A stretch of 64,000 bases of DNA from Candidatus Latescibacterota bacterium (GCA_965208105.1 OZ242318.1:4192001-4256000), one strand, 5' to 3'; shown: positions 27,270 through 37,469, counted from the first letter of the stretch. Numbers and translations: made by a program. The notes: generated by a model from the sequence alone, not told the origin.

Positions 27270-27923
27270 ATGACGGAATCGACCCAGACCGTCCAAAGCC
27301 CGGTTGTCGGCAGCCTTATCGTTTATACCAACGCTCTCCTCCTGGGAACAGGGCTGATGTCCCTGGAAATGCTTGGCAGCCGCTACCTGGGCCCCTACTT
27401 CGGATCTTCGATTCACATCTGGGCGGCGTTGATTTCAACGGTTCTGGCGGCATTGTCCGCGGGCTACTTCCTGGGCGGCTACATCGCCGATAAATTTCCC
27501 TCTCTCCTGGTGTTGGGGGGGGTCGTCCTCCTGGCATCGGGCTACATCGCCCTGATTCCCTTTTTTCTGGACGAGGCCTGTATTCTGGTCATTCGAATGA
27601 TTTCAGGCCCCGCACTTGGCAGTCTCGCCGCCAGCTTCGCCATCTTGTTCCTCCCCCTGATGGGCATTGCCATATTCACCCCTTTCGGGGTCCGCCTCCT
27701 CGTCCGCGGCCACGGGAGCGACCGTCCCGGCACCGCCACCGGGATCATGTACGGGATTTCCACTCTGGGCAATATTTTTGGGATTCTGTTCACTACGTTC
27801 TACCTCATGCCAAGGTATGGTTCCAGGGTGATAACCTACCAGATTTCTCTGGTAATCCTCATATCTGCACTGTCGTTCTGGATTTACCATTGGGCAAACA
27901 GGGGGAAACCCCATAGCTCCTGA
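27270..27923 (+). CDS. Membrane half of the fused MFS/spermidine-synthase-like family
   Basis: LEMLGSRYLGPYFGSSIHIWAALISTVLAALSAGYFLGGYIAD and GIMYGISTLGNIFG; about 6 TM segments; no methyltransferase domain. Confidence 0.8.
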   Translation: MTESTQTVQSPVVGSLIVYTNALLLGTGLMSLEMLGSRYLGPYFGSSIHIWAALISTVLAALSAGYFLGGYIADKFPSLLVLGGVVLLASGYIALIPFFLDEACILVIRMISGPALGSLAASFAILFLPLMGIAIFTPFGVRLLVRGHGSDRPGTATGIMYGISTLGNIFGILFTTFYLMPRYGSRVITYQISLVILISALSFWIYHWANRGKPHSS

Positions 27924-27956
27924 GCCACGGGTCCGGATCGGGCTGCAGGGAAGGTT

Positions 27957-30614
27957 TTGACGGAGGAAACCGGGGGTTTTATCTTTCTGCATGCATTCCA
28001 GCGCCGGGAGTGCACCCTTTTCAACCATGCCTCCGCCGCCTCATCACATCATCCACCGGACTATCGAGGCCGATTCAACCTTCGATTCTCCCGCCCTTTT
28101 CATCCTTTCCGGCTTTCACCTGGGGAATTGAAACCACCCTTGCCAGGATCCACTGCGTCGACATGCAGCGCGGCGACTGCCTCGGCAATATGCGCGCTTT
28201 TCTTCCTGCACGCCTGGTGCCTTCCCGGCGCGGGCGAATCAGCGGGTCCACCCAGCCTCGCTGCAGAGCGCGGGTCCGGACATCAGCGCATGTTGGCGAA
28301 GCTGCGGCAGATGGCCGCCGATCCTCCCGGAGAGCACTTTGTCTTTCCCCTGCAGAAAGCGCGGCGATTGCGCCGGGACCTGACCAGGGTGGAGGGGGGG
28401 GAACGCAAGGTGGATCCGTTCGAAAGGTGGCGGCTTCATTTTGAACTGGGACAGGCGGAGGTCAGGCTTGGGAACACCCGCAGGGGCATTTCCTCGTTGT
28501 TGAAGGCCCAGGAGGTGCTCGATGACCTCAGGGAATTTCTCGTGCGCCGCAATTTGGTCGACGTCAATCCTGCCGCAAGGCGGCGGATGGAAGATTTCGC
28601 GCTGCAGACGCGATTCTACCTGGGAGTGGCCTATCTGCGCCTCGGAGAGGAGCAGAACTGCAACCAGGTCCACAATGGCGAGGCCTGCATCCTGCCCCTT
28701 CGCGGCGGGGGGCTGCACGCCAGACCGGAAGGTTCGAGGAAGGCCATCGAATATTTCCTCCAGGTGCTGACAACGTCTCCGGCCGCGGAAGGGCGGCAGC
28801 CTGAGAGGGGGATGGCCGCGTCGGGACTGGCGAGCCCGGCGGAACCGGGTTCGAGGCAAGCCGCCCTGGCCATTCACTACCAGCAGGCGGCGCGCTGGCT
28901 GCTCAACATCGCCTACATGACCCTCGGCGCCTTTCCCGAGCAGGTTCCCGGGCAGTACCTGGTATCCCCCGAAGCCTTTCAGCCGGAGATCGACTTCCCG
29001 CGCTTCGAAAATGTCGCACCCAGGCTCGGACTCGACACCTTCAACCTGTGCGGCGGGGCCATCGTCGACGATTTCGACAACGACGATTATCTCGATATCG
29101 TCACCAGCACCTGGGACCTGAAGGGACAAATGCGGTTTTTTCGCAACAACGGGGACGGCACCTTTTCCGACCGTACCGAGGAAGCCGGATTGCTCGGCTT
29201 CTACGGCGGCCTCAACATGGTGCAGGCCGACTACGACAACGACGGGGACACCGACATTTTCGTTCTTCGCGGTGCCTGGCTCTCCAAATGGGGCCGGCAT
29301 CCCAACTCCCTCCTGAGCAACAACGGGGACGGCACCTTCGTGGACCGCACCTTCGAGGCCGGTCTGGGCTACGTTCACTACCCCACCAAGACGGCCAGTT
29401 GGGGAGACTACGACAACGACGGTGACCTGGACCTGTTCGTCGCCAACGAAACGGACCACAATGTCTTTGCTCCTACCCAGCTTTTTCGCAACAACGGGGA
29501 CGGCACCTTTACCGATGTCGCGTCTCAATCGGGGGTTCAGAGACATTGCTTTGGAATGGGGACGGCCTGGGGAGACTACGACGACGACCGCTACCCCGAT
29601 CTTTACGCGGCCTGCTGGCCCAACCAGCTATTCCACAACGACGGCGACGGCACCTTTACGAACGTCGCCGAAAAATTGGGGGCCGAGGGGCCGAAGCGGC
29701 CCTTTGCGGTCTGGTTCTGGGACTTCAACAACGACGGCTCCCTGGACCTGCTGGTCAACTCCTCGGCCGGCCCGGTGGGAATCCTTGCCCTGAATCCGCT
29801 GGGGATAGACGTGCCTGCGAGCGACCCGGCGCTGCGTTCCCTTCAGGAATCCGCCCCCGTGGAAGTAATGCATCTCTACCAGAATGACGGAGACGGTGGG
29901 TTCAAGGAGGTTGGGGAGCTCAAGAACCTGACCTATCCCGCCCAGCCCATGGGGGCGAATTTCGGTGATCTGGACAACGACGGTTATCTCGACTTCTACC
30001 TCGCCACCGGAGACGTCTGGTATTCGGAGTTGCGGCCCAACGTGATGTTCCTCAACAACCGCGGTGATGGTTTCACCAACGTGACCATGGCGGGGGGATT
30101 CGGCCATCTGCAAAAGGGCCACGGGGTTTCCTTTGCCGACCTCGACAACGATGGGGACCAGGATGTCTACGTCCAGATGGGCGGGGCCTATCCGGGGGAC
30201 AAGTTCAACGACGCTCTTTTCGAAAATCCGGGATTCGGCAATCACTGGATTACGGTGGACCTCGAGGGGAGGAGCTCGAACCGTTCGGCAATCGGAGCCC
30301 GCATCCACGCGCGCATCGTCGAGGAGGGCGGGGAGCGCTCGGTTTTCCGGCACGTCAACAGCGGCGGCAGTTTCGGCTGCAATCCCCTGCGTCAGACCCT
30401 CGGTCTGGGCAAGGCCGAACGCCTCCTGAAGCTGGAGGTCTTCTGGCCGACCACGGGGCTGACCCAGGTATTCGAAGGGGTTTCCATGGATCAAACCATC
30501 CGGATCGTCGAAGGCGAGACCCGCTATTTGCCGATAGAGCTGAAGAAGTTTACCCTCGGCGGCCCGCAAAGCACCTCTGCAACCTCTGCAGGCCATGATA
30601 ATCACGTCCACTAA
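27957..30614 (+). CDS. CRTAC1-like FG-GAP/VCBS-repeat protein with a C-terminal ASPIC/UnbV domain and TPR-like N-terminus
   Basis: Repeated D(F/Y)DNDGxxD motifs, NNGDGTF.D, GHLQKGHGVSFADLDND, SNRSAIGARI, VNSGGSFG, LEVFWP. The true start is probably downstream of 27957. Confidence 0.88.
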   Translation: MTEETGGFIFLHAFQRRECTLFNHASAASSHHPPDYRGRFNLRFSRPFHPFRLSPGELKPPLPGSTASTCSAATASAICALFFLHAWCLPGAGESAGPPSLAAERGSGHQRMLAKLRQMAADPPGEHFVFPLQKARRLRRDLTRVEGGERKVDPFERWRLHFELGQAEVRLGNTRRGISSLLKAQEVLDDLREFLVRRNLVDVNPAARRRMEDFALQTRFYLGVAYLRLGEEQNCNQVHNGEACILPLRGGGLHARPEGSRKAIEYFLQVLTTSPAAEGRQPERGMAASGLASPAEPGSRQAALAIHYQQAARWLLNIAYMTLGAFPEQVPGQYLVSPEAFQPEIDFPRFENVAPRLGLDTFNLCGGAIVDDFDNDDYLDIVTSTWDLKGQMRFFRNNGDGTFSDRTEEAGLLGFYGGLNMVQADYDNDGDTDIFVLRGAWLSKWGRHPNSLLSNNGDGTFVDRTFEAGLGYVHYPTKTASWGDYDNDGDLDLFVANETDHNVFAPTQLFRNNGDGTFTDVASQSGVQRHCFGMGTAWGDYDDDRYPDLYAACWPNQLFHNDGDGTFTNVAEKLGAEGPKRPFAVWFWDFNNDGSLDLLVNSSAGPVGILALNPLGIDVPASDPALRSLQESAPVEVMHLYQNDGDGGFKEVGELKNLTYPAQPMGANFGDLDNDGYLDFYLATGDVWYSELRPNVMFLNNRGDGFTNVTMAGGFGHLQKGHGVSFADLDNDGDQDVYVQMGGAYPGDKFNDALFENPGFGNHWITVDLEGRSSNRSAIGARIHARIVEEGGERSVFRHVNSGGSFGCNPLRQTLGLGKAERLLKLEVFWPTTGLTQVFEGVSMDQTIRIVEGETRYLPIELKKFTLGGPQSTSATSAGHDNHVH

Positions 30615-30702
30615 TCTTCCCCATAAGGCCTGACCCGGGAAGACAGATGCGGCACCAGGGGTCGGTACTTATCCTGTCCGGCATCATCCGCGAGGAAGAA
30701 GA

Positions 30703-31638
30703 ATGAAAAAGTATCCAGCATACCTCTTTGCAACCTGTCTGTGTTTTCTGTTCCTCTACCCATCCGCTGCATCCGGCCAACCTTCCGCTGCTGAGGAAGA
30801 CGCCATGGAGCTCTTGGACCAGATCGAGACCCCCTACAACAACATCTTCATCTACGGCAACAAGAACCTTGTTTCAATGCGGTTCAAGCGCTACGGCCGC
30901 AGTTTCAACGAGTCAACGCTCAACGTCAACAACCCCCGGGATCTGCCCCTGTCTCATTATAAGCTGATGCCCGCCGGACTGCTGTACGTGGACGATCCGG
31001 AGAGCATGTTGATGGTGGGACTGGGTGGCGGAGTGACCTCGATGTACATTCACCGCTACGTGGCGGGCATGAACATCACCGCGGTAGAGATTGATCCCGG
31101 CGTCATCGATGCGGCGAAAAAATACTTTGGCGTGGCCGAGGATTCCACCTACAGCGTGGTCGCGGCCGACGGCCGCATTTTCCTGGTCAGGAGTCCCGGT
31201 TCCTTCGATGTAATCATCATCGACGCTTATAGAGGCGGCTACGTGCCTTTTCATCTGACCACCAGGGAATTCTATCTTCTTGTGGAAAAAAGGCTGAAGA
31301 AGGGGGGGTGTGTGGTCATCAACTCCCACGCCGGCAGTAGGCTGTTCGACAGCACCATAGCCACGGTGCGCAGCGTGTTCGAGAATATGGACGCTTTCAA
31401 AGGCGAAGGAAACAACGCCATACTGGTCGCCTATCACCACGCTGAAAAAAGCGCCGGCGAGCTGGAAGAAAAGGCGAAATCACTCCAGGAGAAGCACGGC
31501 TTTTACCACGATATAAGGGAAATCCTGAATGCGCGCTATCAGGTCTCGGCCGATTCAAACGCCGTAGTCCTCACCGACGATTTCTCTCCGGCGAACTATC
31601 TGAATGCGATTGAACGATACAATGAACCACGCTGGTAG
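30703..31638 (+). CDS. Spermidine-synthase-like SAM-dependent transferase with an N-terminal signal/TM segment
   Basis: MVGLGGG, AVEIDP, DGRIFL, FDVIIIDAY, PFHLTTREF, LTDDFSP. Confidence 0.85.
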   Translation: MKKYPAYLFATCLCFLFLYPSAASGQPSAAEEDAMELLDQIETPYNNIFIYGNKNLVSMRFKRYGRSFNESTLNVNNPRDLPLSHYKLMPAGLLYVDDPESMLMVGLGGGVTSMYIHRYVAGMNITAVEIDPGVIDAAKKYFGVAEDSTYSVVAADGRIFLVRSPGSFDVIIIDAYRGGYVPFHLTTREFYLLVEKRLKKGGCVVINSHAGSRLFDSTIATVRSVFENMDAFKGEGNNAILVAYHHAEKSAGELEEKAKSLQEKHGFYHDIREILNARYQVSADSNAVVLTDDFSPANYLNAIERYNEPRW

Positions 31639-31662
31639 ACTGACTCGCTCAGGGAGGGCAGG

Positions 31663-32916
31663 ATGCCCGGAATCCCTAGCAGCCCGTTGATAAAGTTGCT
31701 CTGCAGGCGAGGCCGAGGCATGGCGGTCGAAGGCAAGGCGTGCGACCGAGGCGAATCGAGGGGATTCGGGGAGGGAGCGCAACGCCGTATTCGACCGCCA
31801 GGGCCGGCCGCAGCCCGGATGGACTTTTTCAACGGGCTGCCAGCTCTCCTCTGTCTGCTGGTCGGCCTCTTGGGATGTTCCGAAGAACGCGGCGAAGGCG
31901 GCGAATCGACATTCGGCCATACCCCCCGCTTTGACCTCGATACGGCCTCCGAGTACACCGAATGGGGCGTCGCCCTCTCCAGGAAGGGTGACAGAGCCGG
32001 CGCCATGCAGGCATTTCGCCAGGCCCTCCGGCTCGATCCCGGCTTCGCCCCGGCGCATTATGGCGTTGGCAATGTATTTTATCTAGGCGGGGACCTGGTG
32101 GGTGCCGAGGGCGCTTTTCTCCAGGCGATACATTTCGACTCCAGTTTCGCCAAGGCTCATTTTCAATTGGCCAACGCTCTGAAGAGAAAGGGCGACCTCG
32201 CCGGAGCAAAGCGGGCCTATCGCCAGGCGATCCGCTTCGACTCCGCGTTCGCCGGGGCTTACAGCAATCTGGGGGCGGTCCTCTTCGAGCAAGGCCACCT
32301 GGACAGCGCCATCGAGCAGTACAGGGAAACCATCCGCATCGATTCCAACCACGCCAATGCCTACAGCAACCTGGGCTCCGCCCTCGGCGAGCGGGGAGAC
32401 CTGAAGGAGGCCGTGGCAGCATTGCGCCGAGCCATCGCGCTCAAGCCCGAGCACGGCAAGGCCCATTACCAACTCGCCCATGCTCTCAGAGAGCAGGGTG
32501 ACCTGGACGGTGCCATCCGCCATTACCGCGCCACGATCCGCCTCAACCCGGCACACGCCAGGGCCTATCACAATCTGGCGCTGACCCACAGGAAAAATGG
32601 GGAGGTGGATACCGCCCTTCAGATGCTGAGCCAGGCCATCCGCCTGAAGCCGGACTTCGCACGGGCGCACAACAGCATGGCTTCCATCCTGAATCAGAGA
32701 GGAGATGCCGAGGGAGCGGCCAGCGCTTATCGGCAGGCCATCCGCCTGAAGCCCGACTTCGCCAGTCCGCGCTTTGGTCTTGCCGCCATACTGAGGTCAC
32801 AGGGGGACGACGCCGGCGCCGTCGGGCAGTATCGCGAGATCGTGCGGTCGGGCGACGACGAACACCTGCGGCTCATGGCAAGCAAGATGCTGCGCTCCAT
32901 GGGGCAGGAGCCCTGA
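31663..32916 (+). CDS. TPR-repeat protein, possible lipoprotein (start 31663 or 31819)
   Basis: About 9 TPR units (A.AHYQLA, AYSNLG, AI.L.P) and a lipobox-like LLVGLLGC. Confidence 0.85.
   Translation: MPGIPSSPLIKLLCRRGRGMAVEGKACDRGESRGFGEGAQRRIRPPGPAAARMDFFNGLPALLCLLVGLLGCSEERGEGGESTFGHTPRFDLDTASEYTEWGVALSRKGDRAGAMQAFRQALRLDPGFAPAHYGVGNVFYLGGDLVGAEGAFLQAIHFDSSFAKAHFQLANALKRKGDLAGAKRAYRQAIRFDSAFAGAYSNLGAVLFEQGHLDSAIEQYRETIRIDSNHANAYSNLGSALGERGDLKEAVAALRRAIALKPEHGKAHYQLAHALREQGDLDGAIRHYRATIRLNPAHARAYHNLALTHRKNGEVDTALQMLSQAIRLKPDFARAHNSMASILNQRGDAEGAASAYRQAIRLKPDFASPRFGLAAILRSQGDDAGAVGQYREIVRSGDDEHLRLMASKMLRSMGQEP
31676..31843. mobile_element. MITE-like element with ~21-bp terminal inverted repeats
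   Basis: CTAGCAGCCCGTTGATAAAGT ... ACTTTTTCAACGGGCTGCCAG (19/21 inverted match); internal inverted repeat TGGCGGTCGAA/TTCGACCGCCA. Confidence 0.75.
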
Positions 32917-32979
32917 ATGCCGCTTCCCGGCTTCAGTTTCGGCATGCTCCCGGTTTCCTGGTGAAACTCAATCGCCCGT

Positions 32980-33648
32980 TCACCCGTCCGGGCCGATCTC
33001 TTCCAGGGCAACCGCTCTTGTCCACGCCGCGGTAACCCGGCGCATCTTTACCGGCATTCCGATAAAGAAGACCCTCTTTTTTACGATCTGGTCGAGGCCG
33101 TAGAGCGCGTCCACCATGGCAATGCCGTTTTCGAGCAGCCTGCGCTCGGCCGCCAGGTGACCTTCCCGGGTAGGTCCGTAGCGGAGGTTTCCACCGGAGG
33201 CCAGCAGCTTCATCTCCATCTCTATCAACCAATCCAGAGCCTCGCCGGTCATGTAGGGAAGGTCACCCATGAGTTCGGCGCTGGTCCGCGCCAGCACAAT
33301 GTCCCCTTTGCGGACGCCTGCCCGGCGGAAGTCCTCAGCGCTGATGGCCTCTCCTCCTTCCTTATGGGAAAAATTGCACACAGCTGCTTCCCCCAGATAG
33401 GATTCCAGCCTCATCCCGGCGACGTCGGGGCCCTCGTCGAGGTACTTGTAAGCCCCTTCGCAATGGGTGCCGCAGTGGGTCTGCCCCTGGATGAAGTGCA
33501 TCCGCGCTCCGTAGGCCATGAACTCCTGGACCTCGAGGGGGCGCATGACCCAGGGTTCGCCGTGAAGGTATTCCCCGTTGATTTTGCGTTCTCCCGGGAT
33601 CAATTCATAGGACAGATCGATGATGCGATATTTGCTCAAGTCAATCAT
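32980..33648 (-). CDS. Cyclase family protein (kynurenine formamidase-like)
   Basis: RIIDLSY, THCGTHCE (HxGTHxD variant), GDIVLART, RRLLENGI, TRAVALE. Confidence 0.8.
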   Translation of the reverse strand: MIDLSKYRIIDLSYELIPGERKINGEYLHGEPWVMRPLEVQEFMAYGARMHFIQGQTHCGTHCEGAYKYLDEGPDVAGMRLESYLGEAAVCNFSHKEGGEAISAEDFRRAGVRKGDIVLARTSAELMGDLPYMTGEALDWLIEMEMKLLASGGNLRYGPTREGHLAAERRLLENGIAMVDALYGLDQIVKKRVFFIGMPVKMRRVTAAWTRAVALEEIGPDG

Positions 33649-33714
33649 CTCCAACGACTCCTTTCATAATCGTTGACTGTATAATGCCAGTGGGCGCGGC
33701 GTTTGCTCCATACC

Positions 33715-35013
33715 TCACTGCGCGTCGTCGCGCCCGCGTTCTGCCGCGATGATTTCCATCAGATCGTTCACCCTTTCCAGGTTGCCTCCGGCCAGGTCCT
33801 CCTTCTCGCAGGGGTCGGAGCCGAGGTCGTACAGTTCTGCCCCGAGGGGGTCCATTCCCCCGTTGGTGATCAGTTTCCAGTCCTCCTGCCGGGCGGCGAA
33901 GGAATGCCCCCCGAAATTCCAGAAAATCGCCTCCCTCTCCACCGCGTTCACCTCACCCTGCAGCAGCCGCCAGACATCTATTCCATCCCATCGTGGATCG
34001 TCCTCCGGCTCATGGTCCAGCAGGCCGGCAATGGTGGGCATCCAGTCCACCATGTGGATGGGATGCTCGAGCTTGCGGGGTCTGAGGCCCGCGGGCCAGT
34101 TGATGAGGGAGGGGGTGCGAATTCCGCCCTCGTACAGTTGGGCCTTCTGGCCGCGCAGGGGCAGGTTGCTGCCCAGCCGGGGCATATCTTCCTGCCGCCC
34201 CGGGTACCTATCGGTATCGTGGATCGGATTCTCGGGAATGGCACCGTTGTCCGAGGTGAACACGATGATGGTATCCTCGCGCTGGCAGGTGCGCTCCAGC
34301 GCCTCGACCAGTTGCCCCACTCCCCAGTCCATATGGCTCGCGTAGGCGGCGTAGACCTTGAAGGAGCGGTCCCGATCCGGGTCCTCGTCGTAGGTCCCTC
34401 CGAAATAGGTGTCTATCCATGCCTGCGGGGCCTTGATGGGAGTGTGGACCGCGGTGAAGGGGACGTAGCAGAACCAGGGACCCTGCCTTGCCTCGATCCA
34501 GGCGGCCGCTTCCCTGACGATCAGGTCGGTGACGTGGCCCCGCTCCTCGAAAAGTTCGCCATTGCGGTGCCAGGTCATACTGTGGGGCCCCATCTTGTAG
34601 CGGTGGTTGTAGGGGTCCACACCTCCGGCCAAACTGCCGTAAGAGGTATCGAACCCGTAGTTGTTGGGCCGGAATTCCGGGTCGGAACCCAGGTGCCATT
34701 TGCCGAAAAGTGCCGTGTCGTAGCCGCAGTGGCGCAGCATCGTCGCCAGGGTCCGGTAGCCGTCGGGGAGCACAGGCGCGTTCGACGGAACCGTCGCATG
34801 ACGCCCGAAGCGCCCCGGATGCCTGCCGGTAAGCAGACAGACCCGGGTCGGGGTGCACATGGGACAGACATAGTGCTGGTCCAGCTCCACTCCCCGGGCC
34901 GCCAGCCGGTCGATATTGGGAGTGCGGATGTGAGAGCCGTGATAGCTCACGTCTCCCCAACCCAGGTCGTCGGCAAGGATGAAGAGGATATTCGGTTTTT
35001 CGGGGGTCATCAT
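33715..35013 (-). CDS. Arylsulfatase
   Basis: KPNILFILADDLGWGD, CTPTR, GKWHLG, FTSDNG, LYEGGIRTP. Confidence 0.93.
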   Translation of the reverse strand: MMTPEKPNILFILADDLGWGDVSYHGSHIRTPNIDRLAARGVELDQHYVCPMCTPTRVCLLTGRHPGRFGRHATVPSNAPVLPDGYRTLATMLRHCGYDTALFGKWHLGSDPEFRPNNYGFDTSYGSLAGGVDPYNHRYKMGPHSMTWHRNGELFEERGHVTDLIVREAAAWIEARQGPWFCYVPFTAVHTPIKAPQAWIDTYFGGTYDEDPDRDRSFKVYAAYASHMDWGVGQLVEALERTCQREDTIIVFTSDNGAIPENPIHDTDRYPGRQEDMPRLGSNLPLRGQKAQLYEGGIRTPSLINWPAGLRPRKLEHPIHMVDWMPTIAGLLDHEPEDDPRWDGIDVWRLLQGEVNAVEREAIFWNFGGHSFAARQEDWKLITNGGMDPLGAELYDLGSDPCEKEDLAGGNLERVNDLMEIIAAERGRDDAQ

Positions 35014-35256
35014 CGATGCATCTCGTTTCCCGGAGGGCACTCAACCCGGAATGGTGACCGATCTCGCTGTTGCAGGCGCACGGTCCAGGAGACAACCAGC
35101 GACTGCTTGCGCGACTCCGCGAGAATCCGGCCGACCCTGCAACACGGCTCACGGCGCTGGCCCCGCTCGCCGCGCCCGGGTACGACTCCCTCAGGCGCCT
35201 TGTGAGCCGGGCGCCTCGGCGGCCTAATTGCATCAACCTATCTCTGCGACGGGACA

Positions 35257-37134
35257 CTAGCGCAGCAGGGTTATCGAGCGAACCGCTGCGAATGATCCCG
35301 CCCGCATGCGCAAATAATACACCCCGCTGGCAACCGCCTGGCCGCGGCCGTTGCGTCCGTCCCAGGCGGCCTGGTAGCCGCCGGGGTAGAGCAATGCGTC
35401 CACCAGGACGGCGATCCGCTGCCCGGACGCGTTGTAGATTTCCAGCTTCACCCGCTCGCCGCCGGCCGCAACGGCAAACTCGACGGTGGTCCTCCCATTG
35501 AAGGGATTGGGATGGGCCGCGCCCAGAAAATGGCCGTCCTGAGACCTCGCGTTTCCCGCCTCTTCCACCGCCGTGCGCTCCTGGGTTATTTGTCCCGACT
35601 GCAGGTCATAGGGAATGTACAGCAGCATGCCCGGTCCGAATTTTCTGCCGGGGACAAACTCGAAGTTGCGCGCGGTTAGGCTCAGGTGGGTGCCGTAATA
35701 AATGCCGTCGAAGGGTCCGCCGTCTTCGTCGACGATGGTGATGTACCAGGTGGTGTCGTTGCGGAAGGGGCCCAGGTGCCCCGACATGAAGACCTCGAAG
35801 AGGCCCGCACCGTCGCGCCCGAACACGGAAAAATGCGAACCCCGGTTGTTTCTGTAGGTAGTGACGAATGCCGCGCGTCCGCTGCCGTCGGCCTGGATCT
35901 GCAGGTTGTTCCCCGTGGCTCCCTGAGCCATGCCCAGCCCGGCGGCTTCCTCGTTGGAGATATTGTCGCCCAGGATGTCGCCGTTGCGGTTGACCCAGAT
36001 CACGCGGCCCTGGTGGTCGAGATGGGCAATATTGGGGATTCCCCAACTATTCACCCAGATTCCATGGGTATTGACGGTCAGGTGAGAGGGGCCTCTGCTG
36101 AGGGCGATCCGGTTGCCTGCCTGGTCGCTGAAAAGCAGCACGAAGAACTCGGTAAGGTCGAACTCGGCGGTGAGGTCCCCGGTTTCCTTGTCCCAGGACT
36201 CGACCGTACAGGCGGGTATGCTGCCGCGTCCCCAGTGTGCCGCGTATACCAGGTCTTTCCAGGGTTCGATTGCGGCGATGCGGTCTTCCTTGTTGGGCGC
36301 GAATCCGTGGTCCCCGAAGGAGGTGACCCGGGACCAGGACCTGAAGCTGCGATTTATCCTCATCTTGTAGATGCCGCCATGGGGGCCGGAGTGGTGCGTA
36401 GTCCAGAAGATCTCGGGATCTCGGTCGTCCACGCGCAGGCCCCCGAGGGTGCGGGCATCATCGAAGCTGAAAACCTCCTGGTTGTAATCCCAGCGTTCCC
36501 AGTCGTTCGGACGGCTGAGGTAGTCCGTGCCCAGGACACCCCGGATCACATCGCCGGCCCGATGCCGGCCCCAGCTCTCGGCCCTGCGGTCGTACTCCTG
36601 AATCCAGATTTCCGGGGGATTTTGGCGCGTATCGACGATATTGTTGCCGAACCCGAGGCGGGAGCTGGGGCCGGCAAGGACCGCTTTTTCGAGGTTGTTG
36701 ACCGCAATCAAATCGAATTCGTACTCTCTCTCGCTCACCTCTTCCCCCCACCAGCTTCTCGCACTCCAGATAAGGGTATTCGATCCCGCGTTGAATGTCT
36801 GTCCGGGGGTGATGTCGACGAGTTTGTCCTGGGCAACCAGGCGCAGCCACGCCCCCCCGGGACCCGTCACCCCGACCTCGCTGCTGTCTTTCTCGTACAC
36901 CGCCAGCCAGACCGTGCCGCGCTGGTTCAGGGAAAAGGGTATTCTCACCGGACCGCTTCCATCCCATTGAACGCTCTCGACGCTTGCGCGCATGGGATTG
37001 AATTGCCCCGATACATGGGGCAATTCGAAGATATCGTCGAATATGGGAGTGGGGGGGAAGGTCTGGGCCCACAGGCCGCCGGTGGTCGCGGAGGCCAGTG
37101 CGATTCCGATCGGGCAAAAATACAGCAAATGCAT
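35257..37134 (-). CDS. Secreted FlgD-Ig protein, divergent third paralog of 22346 and 24714
   Basis: Shares IPFSLNQR..VWLAVY, EYDR...WG.HR.GD, ARTLGG, WVNRNGD, GRDGAG, KFG..M...IPYDL and PNPFN. Confidence 0.85.
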   Translation of the reverse strand: MHLLYFCPIGIALASATTGGLWAQTFPPTPIFDDIFELPHVSGQFNPMRASVESVQWDGSGPVRIPFSLNQRGTVWLAVYEKDSSEVGVTGPGGAWLRLVAQDKLVDITPGQTFNAGSNTLIWSARSWWGEEVSEREYEFDLIAVNNLEKAVLAGPSSRLGFGNNIVDTRQNPPEIWIQEYDRRAESWGRHRAGDVIRGVLGTDYLSRPNDWERWDYNQEVFSFDDARTLGGLRVDDRDPEIFWTTHHSGPHGGIYKMRINRSFRSWSRVTSFGDHGFAPNKEDRIAAIEPWKDLVYAAHWGRGSIPACTVESWDKETGDLTAEFDLTEFFVLLFSDQAGNRIALSRGPSHLTVNTHGIWVNSWGIPNIAHLDHQGRVIWVNRNGDILGDNISNEEAAGLGMAQGATGNNLQIQADGSGRAAFVTTYRNNRGSHFSVFGRDGAGLFEVFMSGHLGPFRNDTTWYITIVDEDGGPFDGIYYGTHLSLTARNFEFVPGRKFGPGMLLYIPYDLQSGQITQERTAVEEAGNARSQDGHFLGAAHPNPFNGRTTVEFAVAAGGERVKLEIYNASGQRIAVLVDALLYPGGYQAAWDGRNGRGQAVASGVYYLRMRAGSFAAVRSITLLR

Positions 37135-37469
37135 TACGGTTTTGCCTTCTGCAGCCCATTGCCACAAGATTCTCAGAACCAGGAGCCGGTCTCACTGGAA
37201 GCTACTTTGTCGCCTCGGACCGGTCAAGCTGTCAACCGGCCGGATGGATCGCGCGGAAGGCGGCGGGCAGCGGCGGCATTGGGGAGGAAGGGCCGCGGTA
37301 ACCGGCACTCCCCGAACAGCACCGTTGCCATTCTTGAGGCGGGAGAAGAGATTGGTTAATTTTACCCCTGCCTCTCCAGGTTCATCCTTTGAGGACCGCA
37401 ACCGTCATTGGATGAAGTGGGCTGCTTCGATTTTCCAGGGAGAATGGCCTTGCCTCAGCCCTGTCCTCC

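Noticed and set aside
29080-30170. Recurrent GACAACGACGG-like nucleotide repeats
   Set aside because: Explained by the FG-GAP DxDNDG protein repeats.
35140-35215. Imperfect inverted repeat CGGCTCAC..GTGAGCCG (REP-like)
   Set aside because: Single copy in the window; cannot be distinguished from an ordinary intergenic hairpin.
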